Origin: an uncultured Ignavibacteriaceae bacterium | GTDB lineage: Bacteria; Bacteroidota; Ignavibacteria; Ch128b | NCBI GenBank assembly: GCA_964527925.1 | Contig: CAZGQO010000006.1 | Location: forward strand, 88,983-152,982 | Length of the DNA stretch: 64,000 nt | Reading direction: 5' to 3' | Shown here: positions 9,487 to 20,696 of the stretch, piece by piece | Position numbering within the stretch: position 1 is the stretch's first letter | How the letters are laid out: each line of letters begins with the position of its first letter | Notes under the pieces: generated by a model | Told to the model about the DNA's origin: nothing | Databases searched by the model: none | The model's input: only the letters and a program-made list of their open reading frames with translations | Position numbers and translations under genes: made by a program

Positions 9487-10143
9487 ATGATGAATAACGA
9501 TACAAGAACTGGCATTCCATTACTTGGTGAAAAAATCCCATCCATTGAAATTCAAACCACTCATGGAATAAAAAGAGTACCTGAAGATTATCAGGGGAAA
9601 TGGATTGTATTATTCAGTCATCCAGCTGATTTTACTCCGGTTTGTACAACCGAGTTTGTTGCATTTGCAAAAAGAAACGAAGAATTCAAAAAACTAAACG
9701 CTGAATTGATTGGATTATCAATAGATCAAGTTTTCTCTCATATCAAATGGGTAGAGTGGATTAAAGAAAAACTTGGTATTGACATTCCTTTCCCAATCAT
9801 AGCTGATGATATGGGCAATGTTGCAAAGGCACTTGGAATGGTTCATCCGGGAAAAGGCACTAATACTGTTAGAGCAGTCTTCATTATTGATCCACAAGGA
9901 ATAATACGATTGATGATTTACTACCCTCAGGAAATTGGAAGACAAATAGAAGAAATCTTACGCGCATTGCGGGCACTTCAAATTTCAGATGCAGACAAAG
10001 TCGCCATGCCTGAAAACTGGCCTAATAACGAATTAATTAAAGACAAAGTTATTATACCTCCACCCAAAGATATCGTTGAAGCTGAGAAAAGAAAATCATG
10101 GGAAGGTTTTGATTGGTGGTTTACATTTAAGTCCCTCCAATGA
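9487..10143 (+). CDS. 1-Cys peroxiredoxin (Prx6 subfamily, AhpC/TSA fold).
   Basis: 'FTPVCTTE' peroxidatic Cys motif. 218 aa. AAGGAG RBS. Confidence 0.85.
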   Translation: MMNNDTRTGIPLLGEKIPSIEIQTTHGIKRVPEDYQGKWIVLFSHPADFTPVCTTEFVAFAKRNEEFKKLNAELIGLSIDQVFSHIKWVEWIKEKLGIDIPFPIIADDMGNVAKALGMVHPGKGTNTVRAVFIIDPQGIIRLMIYYPQEIGRQIEEILRALRALQISDADKVAMPENWPNNELIKDKVIIPPPKDIVEAEKRKSWEGFDWWFTFKSLQ

Positions 10144-10154
10144 GTAACTTTCTC

Positions 10155-10190
10155 GAGAGAAGAAAATAAAATTTCTTCTCTCTTTTTTAT
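10155..10190 (+). terminator. Rho-independent terminator after the peroxiredoxin gene.
   Basis: Stem gagagaagaaa / tttcttctctc followed by TTTTTT. Confidence 0.6.
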
Positions 10191-10302
10191 ATAATCATTT
10201 TAAAAAAGAAATCTTCAAAAAATTTTTAACAAAATTTGAACAAACATTAATTTTTCCATAGAACTTTGATTATATTTGATTTAAAAAGAAAAATTTCCTG
10301 AA

Positions 10303-11271
10303 ATGAACAATCTTCAAAAGCATATCGTAGTGGTCGATTTAGGAGGCACGAAAATTCTCGCCACCGTAATTAATCTTAACGGTGAGTTCATTTCAAGATC
10401 AAAAAAATCAACCACTTCGAAAGATAAAAAAGAATCAATATTTAAAAGAATTATATCCACAATTGAAGATTCAATTAACTCAGCCAATCTTAATATTGAC
10501 TCAATTGAAGGAATTGTACTGGGAGTTCCTGGTTCATTAAATCCAGAAACTGGATTTGTTAAACTTGCGCCAAATCTGGGCTGGAAAAATCTTAATGTAA
10601 TTGAACCACTAAAAAATCATTTCAACAAAAAAATATTAATAGAAAACGATGCTAATCTCGGCACACTTGGAATTTACAAATATGAGATGGATTCTAACTG
10701 TAAAAATATTGTAGCAATTTTTGTCGGTACAGGAGTTGGCGCAGGAATCATCATTAATGGAAAACTTTATTACGGAAAAAACTTTTTTGCCGGTGAAATT
10801 GGTCATATGAAAATAAAAGAAAATGGTTACAAATGTGGATGCGGCATCTATGGTTGCCTCGAAACGGAAGCTTCTCGAACAGCAATCACGAGAATTATTA
10901 ATGAACAAATTAAACAGGGAAAAAAGTCAATCATAACAAAACTGGTAAAGGATACAAGAGTAATTAAAAGCAGTGCACTTAAGAAAGCAATCAAATTAAA
11001 AGATAAGGTCACCTTAAACGCAGTAAATCATGCAGCGAAGGAATTAGGAATTATCTCTGGAAATTTGATCAACTTACTTGATCCCGATTGTATAGTCTTT
11101 TCAGGCGGGGTAATGGAGGCAATTGGGAAATATATGCTTCCAATTATTAAAGAGAATGCAAAGAATGCATCTCTAAAAAGTAATTTCAAATCCACAAAAA
11201 TTACGATTTCAAAATTGAAAGACGATTCAGCTATCTACGGCGGACTTGCTCTCTTTCTTAGCAAAAACTAA
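10303..11271 (+). CDS. ROK-family glucokinase / sugar kinase.
   Basis: 'VVDLGGTKI' ATP-binding N-terminus and the 'CGCGIYGCLE' ROK zinc motif. Confidence 0.8.
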   Translation: MNNLQKHIVVVDLGGTKILATVINLNGEFISRSKKSTTSKDKKESIFKRIISTIEDSINSANLNIDSIEGIVLGVPGSLNPETGFVKLAPNLGWKNLNVIEPLKNHFNKKILIENDANLGTLGIYKYEMDSNCKNIVAIFVGTGVGAGIIINGKLYYGKNFFAGEIGHMKIKENGYKCGCGIYGCLETEASRTAITRIINEQIKQGKKSIITKLVKDTRVIKSSALKKAIKLKDKVTLNAVNHAAKELGIISGNLINLLDPDCIVFSGGVMEAIGKYMLPIIKENAKNASLKSNFKSTKITISKLKDDSAIYGGLALFLSKN

Positions 11272-12147
11272 ATAGATCACATTTTCCCCAATAACATTCC
11301 TGATGTTGTGTAAAGTTTAAAGTAGTCTCAAAAGAGACATTACCCAACAGGTGTTTATTAAATGAAAATGTAAAGAAAAAAATTTTTTCTAAACTCATCT
11401 TAATCTTATTTTCAAAACAAACAATTACATAGCTACTTCTTCTTATTTCTCTAAATACTCTGTCAAAAGGTATCGTTGTATTAATCAGACTATGTAACTC
11501 TTTGATAAAATTTTAGTTGTTTGTTTACATTTGATTTATTTTTTCAAATTACTACATTAAGTAAGATTAGATTATAAATAAAAAGTTACTAATATTGTTC
11601 GACATTTCTGATATAGGTCAATATTCACATGGAGTGTTGTATTATGACATATTTATTATGGAGAGTTTATGTCAAATTTTATTCCTAATTGTTCATTGCG
11701 ATTTAATTTTTCACCTGGATCAGATGATTATGACTTCTTTGTCACCTGGGGAAATTTGACTATTCAAAGAAACTATTTAAGGTATGTATAAATAACCCTG
11801 AATTTTTACAACCAGATAGATGGGTGGATACAATTATCCAAGACCTTTACCCCGCCAAATGCACCAAATTCAGATCCATTTACTTTTTATGCCTCATTAT
11901 ATCATAGCTGATGTAAATATAACTGTGACCATACTATCTATTTTGGAAAGAAATATAAGTTCAACACTTCTTTATTTATTTTATCGGGCGGAGTTGAACA
12001 GTATGATTATCTTGATGAAGATTATATTTTTAATAGCGATATTGTTTCAAGCAATTTGAGATACCGCAAAACTGATCATTTCTATATTGAAGTTAGTCCA
12101 GAGTGTACTGAAAGATTGCCAAATTGTGAACCATAGGATAATAGAAA

Positions 12148-13451
12148 ATGAAAAAAATATTTTTTGTATTAATGGTACATTCTATTGAATCTCTGGCTCA
12201 AGTTAATCTTTCAAAAAATTGGATTCTATTTAATAGATCTAATTCACCATTATCTTCAAATAAAATCTTATCTGTAATTACTGATTTACAAAATAATTAT
12301 TGGATTGTCACAGGAATAGAATATTTAAATGGAAATATTATTGCTGATGGCTATTTACATCGCTTTGGGAACAATAGCTGGGAGATATTCGATGGAACAA
12401 ATTCACCATTGACTAAAAATATTGTCCTGGATCTTGCTCTTACTCATACTGGCAAAATATTAATAGCAACGACAAAAGGATTATATATAAAAGATAATGA
12501 CAGCTGGGATAGCTTGAACACGAGCAACTCACCACTGCCTTTTAATTCTATATACAAAGTTACTGTGGACAAAAGAAACCGATATTGGTTAGGAATTCCA
12601 AACTATGGGATTGCTGTTTATGATAATGGAAATTGGACATTCTATAACGATGATAATTCGTTTTATGGTATTGGTGATTTTAACTTTATAGAGGTTGATA
12701 GTCTAAATAATATCTGGATTGGTACAGATTTTTTCGGTTTATATTGTTTTGTCGGAACCGATTGGAATCAACAAATTACGGGTTATCCAAAAAGCATTGT
12801 TGGATTCTCGACGGATAAAAACAATACAAAATGGGTAGCAATACATTTATCAAGATCTGGACAAATTGGAAAGCTTTCAGACGCTTCCTGGATTTTTTAT
12901 GACAGTACCAATATAAGTTTTAATCCTTCTCGTTTATCTTATGATGCCGTGATTATTGATAACAACAATATTTTAAATATTTTGGAACTACAAAAGGTTT
13001 ATTAATATATGATGATACATCATGGCTTATAATCGACACTTCAAACTCACCTATCCCTGCCCAATGCTTTTATAACGGATTTTTAGATTTAAACAATAAT
13101 AAAATATTTGGGCTCGGAAATTGCCCTACGCTACATTACGGATTAATTTTTTATAATCAAGATAGTGTTATTCTGACTTCTGTAGAAAATAATTTTACTA
13201 CTATAAATAACAGCTACATATTGCAGAATTACCCAAACCCTTTTAATCCTATTACAAGGATAAGATTCTCTATTCCTAAATCTGGAATAGTTAAAATAAA
13301 AGTTTACGACATAATCGGGAAAGAAATAAAAACTATATTAGATGAATTTAAACAAGCTGTTACTTATGAATTCGAATTTAATGCAAATGATTTATCAAGC
13401 GGAGTATATTTTTACAGAATTAGTTGCGGAAGTTATACAGAAACAAAATAG
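12148..13451 (+). pseudogene. Beta-propeller (two-component-regulator propeller-like repeat) T9SS cargo protein, interrupted by a frameshift near 12963-13005.
   Basis: Frame-1 ORF 12148-13005 carries 'TTKGLYIKDNDSW...TSNSPLP' repeats. The same repeat ('TTKGLLIYDDTSW...TSNSPIP') continues in the frame of the 13221 ORF from 12963. The 3' part ends in the T9SS tail 'NYPNPFNPITRIRF...SSGVYFYRI'. The two frames overlap across a T-run. Confidence 0.6.
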
Positions 13452-13695
13452 ATGATATTCCTTCGGTAAAGCTACAGCTGACAAGCATTACCAATATGAG
13501 AGGAATCTATAGAAATCATAGCTCAACACGGACCTACAGTTTAAAATGGGAGTTCACCAATTATTTTAAGTATTATAGTTTGATTCTCAATTGTAAATAA
13601 GATAAATTTTTATATGATTATTGAAATTATGCTCTTTTCTTACCCGTTTCATATTGACATAGCATAAAGCACAACATCATCTAGGAGATAACAAA

Positions 13696-14283
13696 ATGAG
13701 TTATAAAATTTTAATCGCTACATGCATAATACTAATGGGATGTAAGAAAGAGAGCCCCATAGAGCCAAAATTTGTTAGCAATTTATGAATTCTTGAAGAT
13801 GGAGTTGCAAACATTGCCGTTTTGAAGGTCGATTTCATGACAAATAATTTTGAAGGCGGTGTGCTTGAAAAGTATCCACTATGTGATTCATGCGACTTGA
13901 CTACCATCCCGTTACGTTTTACAACTCTACCACCAATAGATTTTGGATGGAATTTATTTCAATACGAAGGTAGGGTAGACACCGTTTTCTATGGCACAAC
14001 TGTATGGGACGGCAGTGGTAACAGGATTATACCTCGATACCTGGTTGGAGCTGACTCATTTAAAATTATTAGTAGGGAGATTCCTCCTCCTCTCACGAAA
14101 CATTATTACTTTTCACTACCGCACCTTGTTGACGAGTGGATACAAGTAAAAGCCGATCAGCATGGCTCACCGTTAAGAGGCTCGACATTACTGAAGCTTT
14201 CTCGAAGCGACCTTATCGTGTTGGATTTTTTCTTTACCCATGAAGTGTTGGTGTGTTTGATCCATACCAAGCCGATTGGATAA
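13696..14283 (+). pseudogene. Lipoprotein-like gene (signal 'ILMGC' lipobox) with an in-frame TGA at 13786-13788. The downstream part (13822-14283) is noticeably more GC-rich than its surroundings.
   Basis: The ATG at 13696 and the 13822 ORF share a frame and are separated only by the TGA codon. Confidence 0.35.
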
Positions 14284-14665
14284 TTTTCTTATACGCAGGC
14301 AATCATCCGAGCAATATTTTAGCAAGCCCTCAACTTATACGAGATTGAAGAATAAAAATCTTGGTGTTAATAAAACTACAGTTTTTGATTTAATAAAATT
14401 TTATTACAAACAGAATATCTTTTACTTCAGCATTTTCCTAAATTAATTATGGAAATAATCTAAGGAGAAATTCAGATTATTTTTACAAATAGATTGGTGT
14501 TTGAAAGCAATTATTTCGACTACCATTTTATAAATATGCCAAGTAATAACTCAGCAATTAATTAGTTGAGAAAAGGTTTAAGTGAATCTCCAATAAGTTA
14601 AAAAAATTATCCCCAAAATATTCAGTTGACTTTGACTACAAATTCTTATTAATTTTGCTTCGTGT

Positions 14666-14680
14666 TCCGAACTATTCGGA
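14666..14680. promoter_or_regulatory. Palindrome TCCGAA-cta-TTCGGA upstream of marR. A second palindrome, TTCGA-gaa-TCGAA, lies at 14707-14719 and overlaps the start codon. Both are candidate MarR operators.
   Basis: Inverted repeats read directly from the sequence. Confidence 0.3.
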
Positions 14681-14718
14681 TTTATAACTATTCGTTAATC
14701 TAATTGTTCGAGAATCGA

Positions 14719-15189
14719 ATGACTAAATCACAAGAAACAGAAATAATTGTAAACGAACTTCTTGAGCTCGGTTATAAGTTGCGGGAAGTAATGTTCAAAC
14801 TTAATCCCACAATTTTTAAATCTGAACTAACTTTAACTCAGCTTTTTGCATTGCAATACATTTGTCATATCCCAAACATCACTCTCAAAGTGTTGGCTGA
14901 GAAGCTGATGATTGCCCACAGTTCTGCTTCAGAGTTGGTAGATAGATTGGTAAAACTTAAATATGTTGATCGCAAAATCTCTCCTGAAGACAGAAGAAAA
15001 ATTACACTTAATCTTTCTGAAAAAGGCAAAAAGTTTATTAATCAACACATTGAAGAAAACAAGCAGCTCTTCAAAAAATTAATAAGCAGACTATCTCATC
15101 AAGATCAACAGGAATACTTAAAAGCAATGCAAAAGTTTTATAAAGTTTCTCTGGAACTATTCAACCAAATTGAAGAAGGTGAAAAATGA
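14719..15189 (+). CDS. MarR-family transcriptional regulator.
   Basis: Winged-helix MarR region 'LTLTQLFALQYI...' . ATGA overlap with the downstream efflux outer-membrane factor gene. Confidence 0.8.
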   Translation: MTKSQETEIIVNELLELGYKLREVMFKLNPTIFKSELTLTQLFALQYICHIPNITLKVLAEKLMIAHSSASELVDRLVKLKYVDRKISPEDRRKITLNLSEKGKKFINQHIEENKQLFKKLISRLSHQDQQEYLKAMQKFYKVSLELFNQIEEGEK

Positions 15190-16523
15190 AAAAATTAACT
15201 TTTTTATTTGCAATTTTTTTATTCATCTCTAATTCAGTCTTTGCACAATATAATAAAAAAGTAATCACAAATCTTACACTCGATAAAGCAATCGAAATAG
15301 CATTAAAAGAAAACTCACAGGTGAAAATCGCCAGATACGAAATTGAAAAATCTAAATCAAAATTATGGGAATCAACTTCATCATTAATTCCAAATCTCTC
15401 CGGCGAAGGAACTTATATAAGAAACATTAAAAAACCTGTTTTCTTTTTACCAGATTTTTTTGGAGGAACAGGGCAGGTTAGACCAATTGAAATTGGTTCA
15501 AAAAATTCTTACTCAGCTTCACTCAAACTGGGAATGCCAATCTTTGTTGGTCAAGCATACACCGGGATTGTAATAAGCAAACTTGGGCTTGAACTAAGTA
15601 ACTTATCTTACGAAGAGATTCTCGCTCAAACAAAATTGAACACTCGAAAAGCTTTTTATGATGTCCTTTTAACAAAAGAAACAGAGAAATTCATCAAACA
15701 GAGTTATGAAAATGCACTAAAAAATTTAAAGAATGCTGAAAAACTAAATAAAGCTGGTTTGCTATCTGATTTTGAGTACTTGAGTGCTCAGGTTGAAGTT
15801 GAAAAAATTAAACCCAATGTTCTTCAAGCTGAATATACTTATCAAACTGCATTAAACTTTTTGAAATCACTCTTAAATCTAAATGCTGAAGACAGCATAG
15901 AAGTAGTTGGAAATATTGAGTCATTCATTTTAGAAAAAATTCCGATGCCTGAGTTTTCATTAGACTTAGAAAATACTTTCACACTAAAAAAATTAAGTCT
16001 CCAAAAACAAATTTCTGATAAGAACATTATGCTTCAGAAGTGGGGACATTTTCCAAGTTTAGTTGCTTTTGGAAATTATCAAATTCAAACTCAAGCTGAA
16101 GATTATAATTTCAATGCTTATCGATGGGTTAAAAGTGCTGCAATTGGTTTGACATTAAGTGTACCAATCTTTTCTGGATTTGGTGTAAAAAGCAGAGTTG
16201 AACAAGCAGAAATTCAATCAAAGCAACTTGAAGAAACGATTAACCTTACCAGGAAGCAACTTGATATAGCAATTAGCAATATTAAAAATAAACTCGCAAC
16301 AGGCTTAGAAAAAATTGAAGCACAAAAACTAAACAAACAAAAAGCTTTAAGAAATTATCAAATTGCAGAGATTAGATATCAAGAGGGAATGAGCACTCAA
16401 CTTGAAATTAGCAACGCAAACATCAATTTACTTTCAGCTCAACTTGGTTATGCTCAGGCAATTTATGAATACCTTGTTGCTGAAGCAGAATTAGAATTTT
16501 ACTTAAACAAGTCAATTAAATAA
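15186..16523 (+). CDS. TolC-like outer membrane efflux protein (OMF).
   Basis: Signal peptide, two coiled-coil/beta repeats typical of OMF. Position in the RND operon. Confidence 0.8.
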   Translation: MKKLTFLFAIFLFISNSVFAQYNKKVITNLTLDKAIEIALKENSQVKIARYEIEKSKSKLWESTSSLIPNLSGEGTYIRNIKKPVFFLPDFFGGTGQVRPIEIGSKNSYSASLKLGMPIFVGQAYTGIVISKLGLELSNLSYEEILAQTKLNTRKAFYDVLLTKETEKFIKQSYENALKNLKNAEKLNKAGLLSDFEYLSAQVEVEKIKPNVLQAEYTYQTALNFLKSLLNLNAEDSIEVVGNIESFILEKIPMPEFSLDLENTFTLKKLSLQKQISDKNIMLQKWGHFPSLVAFGNYQIQTQAEDYNFNAYRWVKSAAIGLTLSVPIFSGFGVKSRVEQAEIQSKQLEETINLTRKQLDIAISNIKNKLATGLEKIEAQKLNKQKALRNYQIAEIRYQEGMSTQLEISNANINLLSAQLGYAQAIYEYLVAEAELEFYLNKSIK

Positions 16524-16535
16524 AAGGTGTAAAAA

Positions 16536-17567
16536 ATGAAGATTAAATTATTCATTTCGTTAATATTGATTTTAACACTCATTGGTTGTGGTTCAAAAAC
16601 CAAACAAGAATCTGCAGAAGAAATCAAATCTGTTTCTGTTCAAAATGTTCAACGAAAAGTTGTAAAAAATAATTTAGTTTTTACTGGAACAGCAACTCCC
16701 TGGGAAGAAGCTGCGCTTGCAGCTCAGATGGCATCACGAGTAAGAAAAATTTATGTCAAAGAAGGTGATTTTGTAACCAAAGGTCAATTGCTCGTTCAGA
16801 TGGATGATCAGCAACTAACTCAGATTGAAATTCAATTCAATGATGCAAAGAAAGATTTTGAAAGAGCTGAAAAACTTCATTCAGAGGGAGCAATTTCAGA
16901 CCAACAATATGAAAAATTCAAACTTACTTACGAAACCTTAAAAACAAATTATGAGAAAATTCTTGAAAACACTCAACTAAGAGCTCCATTTTCGGGAATC
17001 ATAACTGCTAAATATTTGAATGATGGCGAATTATTTTTAATGGCTCCATCTGGCGGCAGAAGTGTTCCTGCAATTTTACACTTAATGAATGTGAGCGATT
17101 TGAAAGTAAAAATTTCAATCAGCGAATTTGATTCATACAAAATCAAAATTGGTCAAAAAGCAATAATTTCAAGTGATGTTTTGCCGGGTCAAACATTTGT
17201 TGGATATGTAAATAGAATAAGTCCTGTGGTTGATCCAATCACAAAGACAGTTGAAGTTGAAATTAAAGTCTCAAATAGAGGAAACAAGATAAAAGCCAAT
17301 TCATTTGTTCGAGTGGAGATAGATTTAGGTGAAACAAAAGAGATTGTAGTTCCCACTTCTTCAATTCTAACAGATCCTGTGACTGGAAAAAGTTTTGTGT
17401 TCTTATTCCAGAATGGTAAAGCTGTCAAAAGATTCATTGTAAAAGGTAAGCAGGTCAATGATGAAACGTTTGTTCAATCAGGTTTAAGTGAAAATCAGCA
17501 GATAATAATTGAAGGTCAATTTAATGTAACCGATGGTGAAAAAGTAAAAATATTTAAAGGCTTATAA
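16536..17567 (+). CDS. RND efflux periplasmic adaptor (HlyD/MFP family) lipoprotein.
   Basis: Lipobox 'LIGCGS', biotinyl/lipoyl-like hairpin and beta-barrel MFP architecture. Confidence 0.8.
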   Translation: MKIKLFISLILILTLIGCGSKTKQESAEEIKSVSVQNVQRKVVKNNLVFTGTATPWEEAALAAQMASRVRKIYVKEGDFVTKGQLLVQMDDQQLTQIEIQFNDAKKDFERAEKLHSEGAISDQQYEKFKLTYETLKTNYEKILENTQLRAPFSGIITAKYLNDGELFLMAPSGGRSVPAILHLMNVSDLKVKISISEFDSYKIKIGQKAIISSDVLPGQTFVGYVNRISPVVDPITKTVEVEIKVSNRGNKIKANSFVRVEIDLGETKEIVVPTSSILTDPVTGKSFVFLFQNGKAVKRFIVKGKQVNDETFVQSGLSENQQIIIEGQFNVTDGEKVKIFKGL

Positions 17568-17585
17568 AAGGAGGATTGCTGTTTT

Positions 17586-20500
17586 ATGAAACTACCAGAA
17601 CTTGGAGTTAGAAGGCCTGTATTAACCGCAATGTTTTTTGTTGCGACTTTAGTTTTTGGACTCTATTCATTGAGATTGATACCAATTGATTTACTTCCAA
17701 AGATTGAGGCCCCCGTGTTGACCGTCCTGACTACTTATCCTGGTTCAAGTGCGGATGATATCGAAATTAAAGTTACAAGAGTAATTGAAAAATCTCTCGC
17801 TTCAGTTCCAAATCTCAAAAAGATTACTTCAATATCTAAAGAAAATATTTCTGTTGTAACTTTAGAATTTGATTGGGGAACTGATCTTGACGAAGCAGCA
17901 AACGATTGTCGTTCATCACTTGAATTTGCGAAAGTACAACTTCCCGATGGAGTTGAAAGTCCAAAAATTTTCAAATTCAGCACTGAACAATTTCCAGTAA
18001 TTGTGGCTGGAGTTACTGCACCCGGCAACATCGATTACAAAGAGTTTAAAGATTTTGTTGAAGATAATATTGCTGATAGGTTGGTAAGAATTCCTGGTGT
18101 CGGTGGAGTACAGTCATTTGGTGCACCGGCAAGAGAAATTAGAGTTGATTTCGACCCTTATAAATTGAAAGCTTATAATTTGTCTATTAATCAAATTTCA
18201 CAAATAGTCAAAGCTGAAAATCTTTCTTTACCAGCTGGTAATATTGATGATCAAAAACTCTCCTATATGCTAAGAGTGAAGGGTGAATATACATCACCTG
18301 CTGATCTTGAAAAGGTTGTTATTGGCTCAAATGGTGGAAAAATTCTCTATTTAAAAGATGTTGCACAAATAGTTGATACAGTTACAAAAGATGAAAGACG
18401 CACCTTGATCAACGGTGAGAAAGGTGTTGTTGTTTTAATGAACAAGCTCTCAGGCGCCAATACAGTTAGTGTTTCTGATGCATTAAAAAAAGAGATTAAA
18501 AAGATTGAAGATGAATATGGCATAAAAATAAATATCGTTTTTGATGGTGCTGACTTTATCAAAAAATCGATCAATAATCTTCTAAAAACTTTCTTCATTA
18601 GTTTGTTGCTCGTTTCAGTTGTTGTTTTAGTTTTCTTACGAAGACTAAGGGCGAGCTTGATAATAGTCTTATCAATACCATTCTCGCTTATACTTGCCTT
18701 CTTCTTCATGTATGTTGCAAATTATACAATTAACATCTTATCACTTTCATCGATTGCGATTGCTGTGGGAATGGTGGTTGATAACTCAATTGTGTCTCTG
18801 GAAAATATCATCAAACATCTTGAACGAGGTGAACATCCAAGAGAAGCATCAATTTACGGTGCAAGTGAAGTGGGAAGTGCTCTTTTAGCTTCGACACTTA
18901 CAACTGTAGCTGTGTTTGCACCATTATTTTTCTTAACTGGAATAGCAGGAATTTTATTCACTCAGCTTGCGGCAATCACCACAATCACAATCTCAATGTC
19001 ATTGATTGTTGCGTTATTCTTAACTCCAATGCTCACATCAACTCTGCTAAAGAAATTTAATGAAGAGAAAAAAACTAAAAATACATTTGATAAACTTTTC
19101 GATTGGAGTGAAAACATTTTCAACAGAATTGATGAAACTTATTTTAAAGTTCTCAACTGGGCATTAAATCATAAAAAGACTGTGCTTATAAGTGGAGTTC
19201 TATTTTTAGCTCTTTCACTTGGATTGATTCCATTTATCGGTTCTGATTTCATTCCCGAAAGTGACAGCGGTCAGGTTCAGGTAATTATGGAATTGCCCGT
19301 TGGAACAAGCGTTTATGAAACTGAAAAATTCACTTACGAAATGTATAACTTAATCAAAGAACGAACTCCTGAAATTAAAGATATATTTTACCAGGTTGGG
19401 CAAAGTGCGTCAGGATTGGGTTCAGTTTTCGGAACGAAAGAAGGTGAAAATATTGGATTAATCAACATCAGACTTGTTGATGTGGAACAACGAAAAAGAT
19501 CCAACAAAGAAGTTGCTGATGATTTGCGTGAATTTCTAAAACAATTTCCAAAAATCAACAAACTTAATGTTTTAACGCAGGCTGGTGGACAGGCTGCAAT
19601 CTTTGGACAGGGCAAGCCTATATCAATTGAAATCTTAGGACCAGACTTAAATGCATCTCGTAAAGTTGCTGAAAAAATTCAACAGGCAATCTCAACTGTA
19701 AAGGGTGTAGTTGAACCACAAATCTCTCTTCAAGAAAATAAACCTGAAATCTCCATAACAATTGATAAAGACAAAGCAGCAATGCTGGGATTAAACACAG
19801 CATTAATTGCAACAAGTTTAAGAAACTATCTCTTTGGAAATATTCCTACACAATTCAGAGGAACAAAAACAACTTATGATATTCGTCTAAGACTTGATGA
19901 AAGATTTAGAATGAAATTAGATGACATTGAAAATCTTGAGGTCACCAATGTAATGGGAAAACCTATTCCACTGAAAAATTTTGCAACAATTAAAATAGAT
20001 TTTTCACCTGTTGAAATTGACAGAAAAAATCAGGAAAGAATTGTTAAAGTTGAAGCTGGGCTTTCTGGAACATCACTCGGTCAGGCTGTACTCGAGATAG
20101 AAAATAAATTGAAAGACATTCCGCTTCCACCTAATACCAGAATTGATTTTGGTGGTAGTTACGAACAACAACAGGAAGCATTCGGTGATTTATTGATGTT
20201 GCTGCTTTTAAGTATCGTGCTCGTGTATATTGTTATGGCTGCTCAGTTTGAAAATTTACTCGATCCTTTTGTAATTATGTTCAGTATTCCTTTTGCATTC
20301 TCAGGTGTATTGATTGGATTATTTGTGTTCGGACAGACATTGAGTGTGATTTCATTCCTTGGAATTATTATGCTGGTTGGAATAGTGGTTAACAATGCAA
20401 TTGTGCTTGTGAGCTTTATTAACATCTTAAGAGCACGAGGTCAAAACTTATACGAAGCTATTTTGAACGGAGGCAGAAGTCGTTTGAGACCTGTTCTTAT

Positions 20501-20696
20501 GACATCATTTACAACAATTTTTGGATTGCTTCCACTTGCTTTGAGTACAGGCAGTGGTTCCGAAACATGGAAACCGCTTGGTGCTTCAATGGTTGGCGGA
20601 ATGACTTTTTCAACTCTTATTTCACTTATTATTGTACCAATCATTTACAGCATTTTTGAAAAAAGATTGAAAAATAAAAAGAGAGAATCAAAATGA
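17586..20696 (+). CDS. RND efflux permease (AcrB/CzcA superfamily, 1036 aa, 12 TM).
   Basis: Length, TM topology and conserved RND motifs such as 'GLLPLALSTGSGSE'. Confidence 0.9.
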   Translation: MKLPELGVRRPVLTAMFFVATLVFGLYSLRLIPIDLLPKIEAPVLTVLTTYPGSSADDIEIKVTRVIEKSLASVPNLKKITSISKENISVVTLEFDWGTDLDEAANDCRSSLEFAKVQLPDGVESPKIFKFSTEQFPVIVAGVTAPGNIDYKEFKDFVEDNIADRLVRIPGVGGVQSFGAPAREIRVDFDPYKLKAYNLSINQISQIVKAENLSLPAGNIDDQKLSYMLRVKGEYTSPADLEKVVIGSNGGKILYLKDVAQIVDTVTKDERRTLINGEKGVVVLMNKLSGANTVSVSDALKKEIKKIEDEYGIKINIVFDGADFIKKSINNLLKTFFISLLLVSVVVLVFLRRLRASLIIVLSIPFSLILAFFFMYVANYTINILSLSSIAIAVGMVVDNSIVSLENIIKHLERGEHPREASIYGASEVGSALLASTLTTVAVFAPLFFLTGIAGILFTQLAAITTITISMSLIVALFLTPMLTSTLLKKFNEEKKTKNTFDKLFDWSENIFNRIDETYFKVLNWALNHKKTVLISGVLFLALSLGLIPFIGSDFIPESDSGQVQVIMELPVGTSVYETEKFTYEMYNLIKERTPEIKDIFYQVGQSASGLGSVFGTKEGENIGLINIRLVDVEQRKRSNKEVADDLREFLKQFPKINKLNVLTQAGGQAAIFGQGKPISIEILGPDLNASRKVAEKIQQAISTVKGVVEPQISLQENKPEISITIDKDKAAMLGLNTALIATSLRNYLFGNIPTQFRGTKTTYDIRLRLDERFRMKLDDIENLEVTNVMGKPIPLKNFATIKIDFSPVEIDRKNQERIVKVEAGLSGTSLGQAVLEIENKLKDIPLPPNTRIDFGGSYEQQQEAFGDLLMLLLLSIVLVYIVMAAQFENLLDPFVIMFSIPFAFSGVLIGLFVFGQTLSVISFLGIIMLVGIVVNNAIVLVSFINILRARGQNLYEAILNGGRSRLRPVLMTSFTTIFGLLPLALSTGSGSETWKPLGASMVGGMTFSTLISLIIVPIIYSIFEKRLKNKKRESK

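Noticed and set aside
13786-13788. Selenocysteine or stop-codon recoding at the in-frame TGA
   Set aside because: No SECIS-like hairpin is evident immediately downstream. All other genes in the window use TGA as a normal stop. An in-frame TAA in another gene cannot be explained by UGA recoding.
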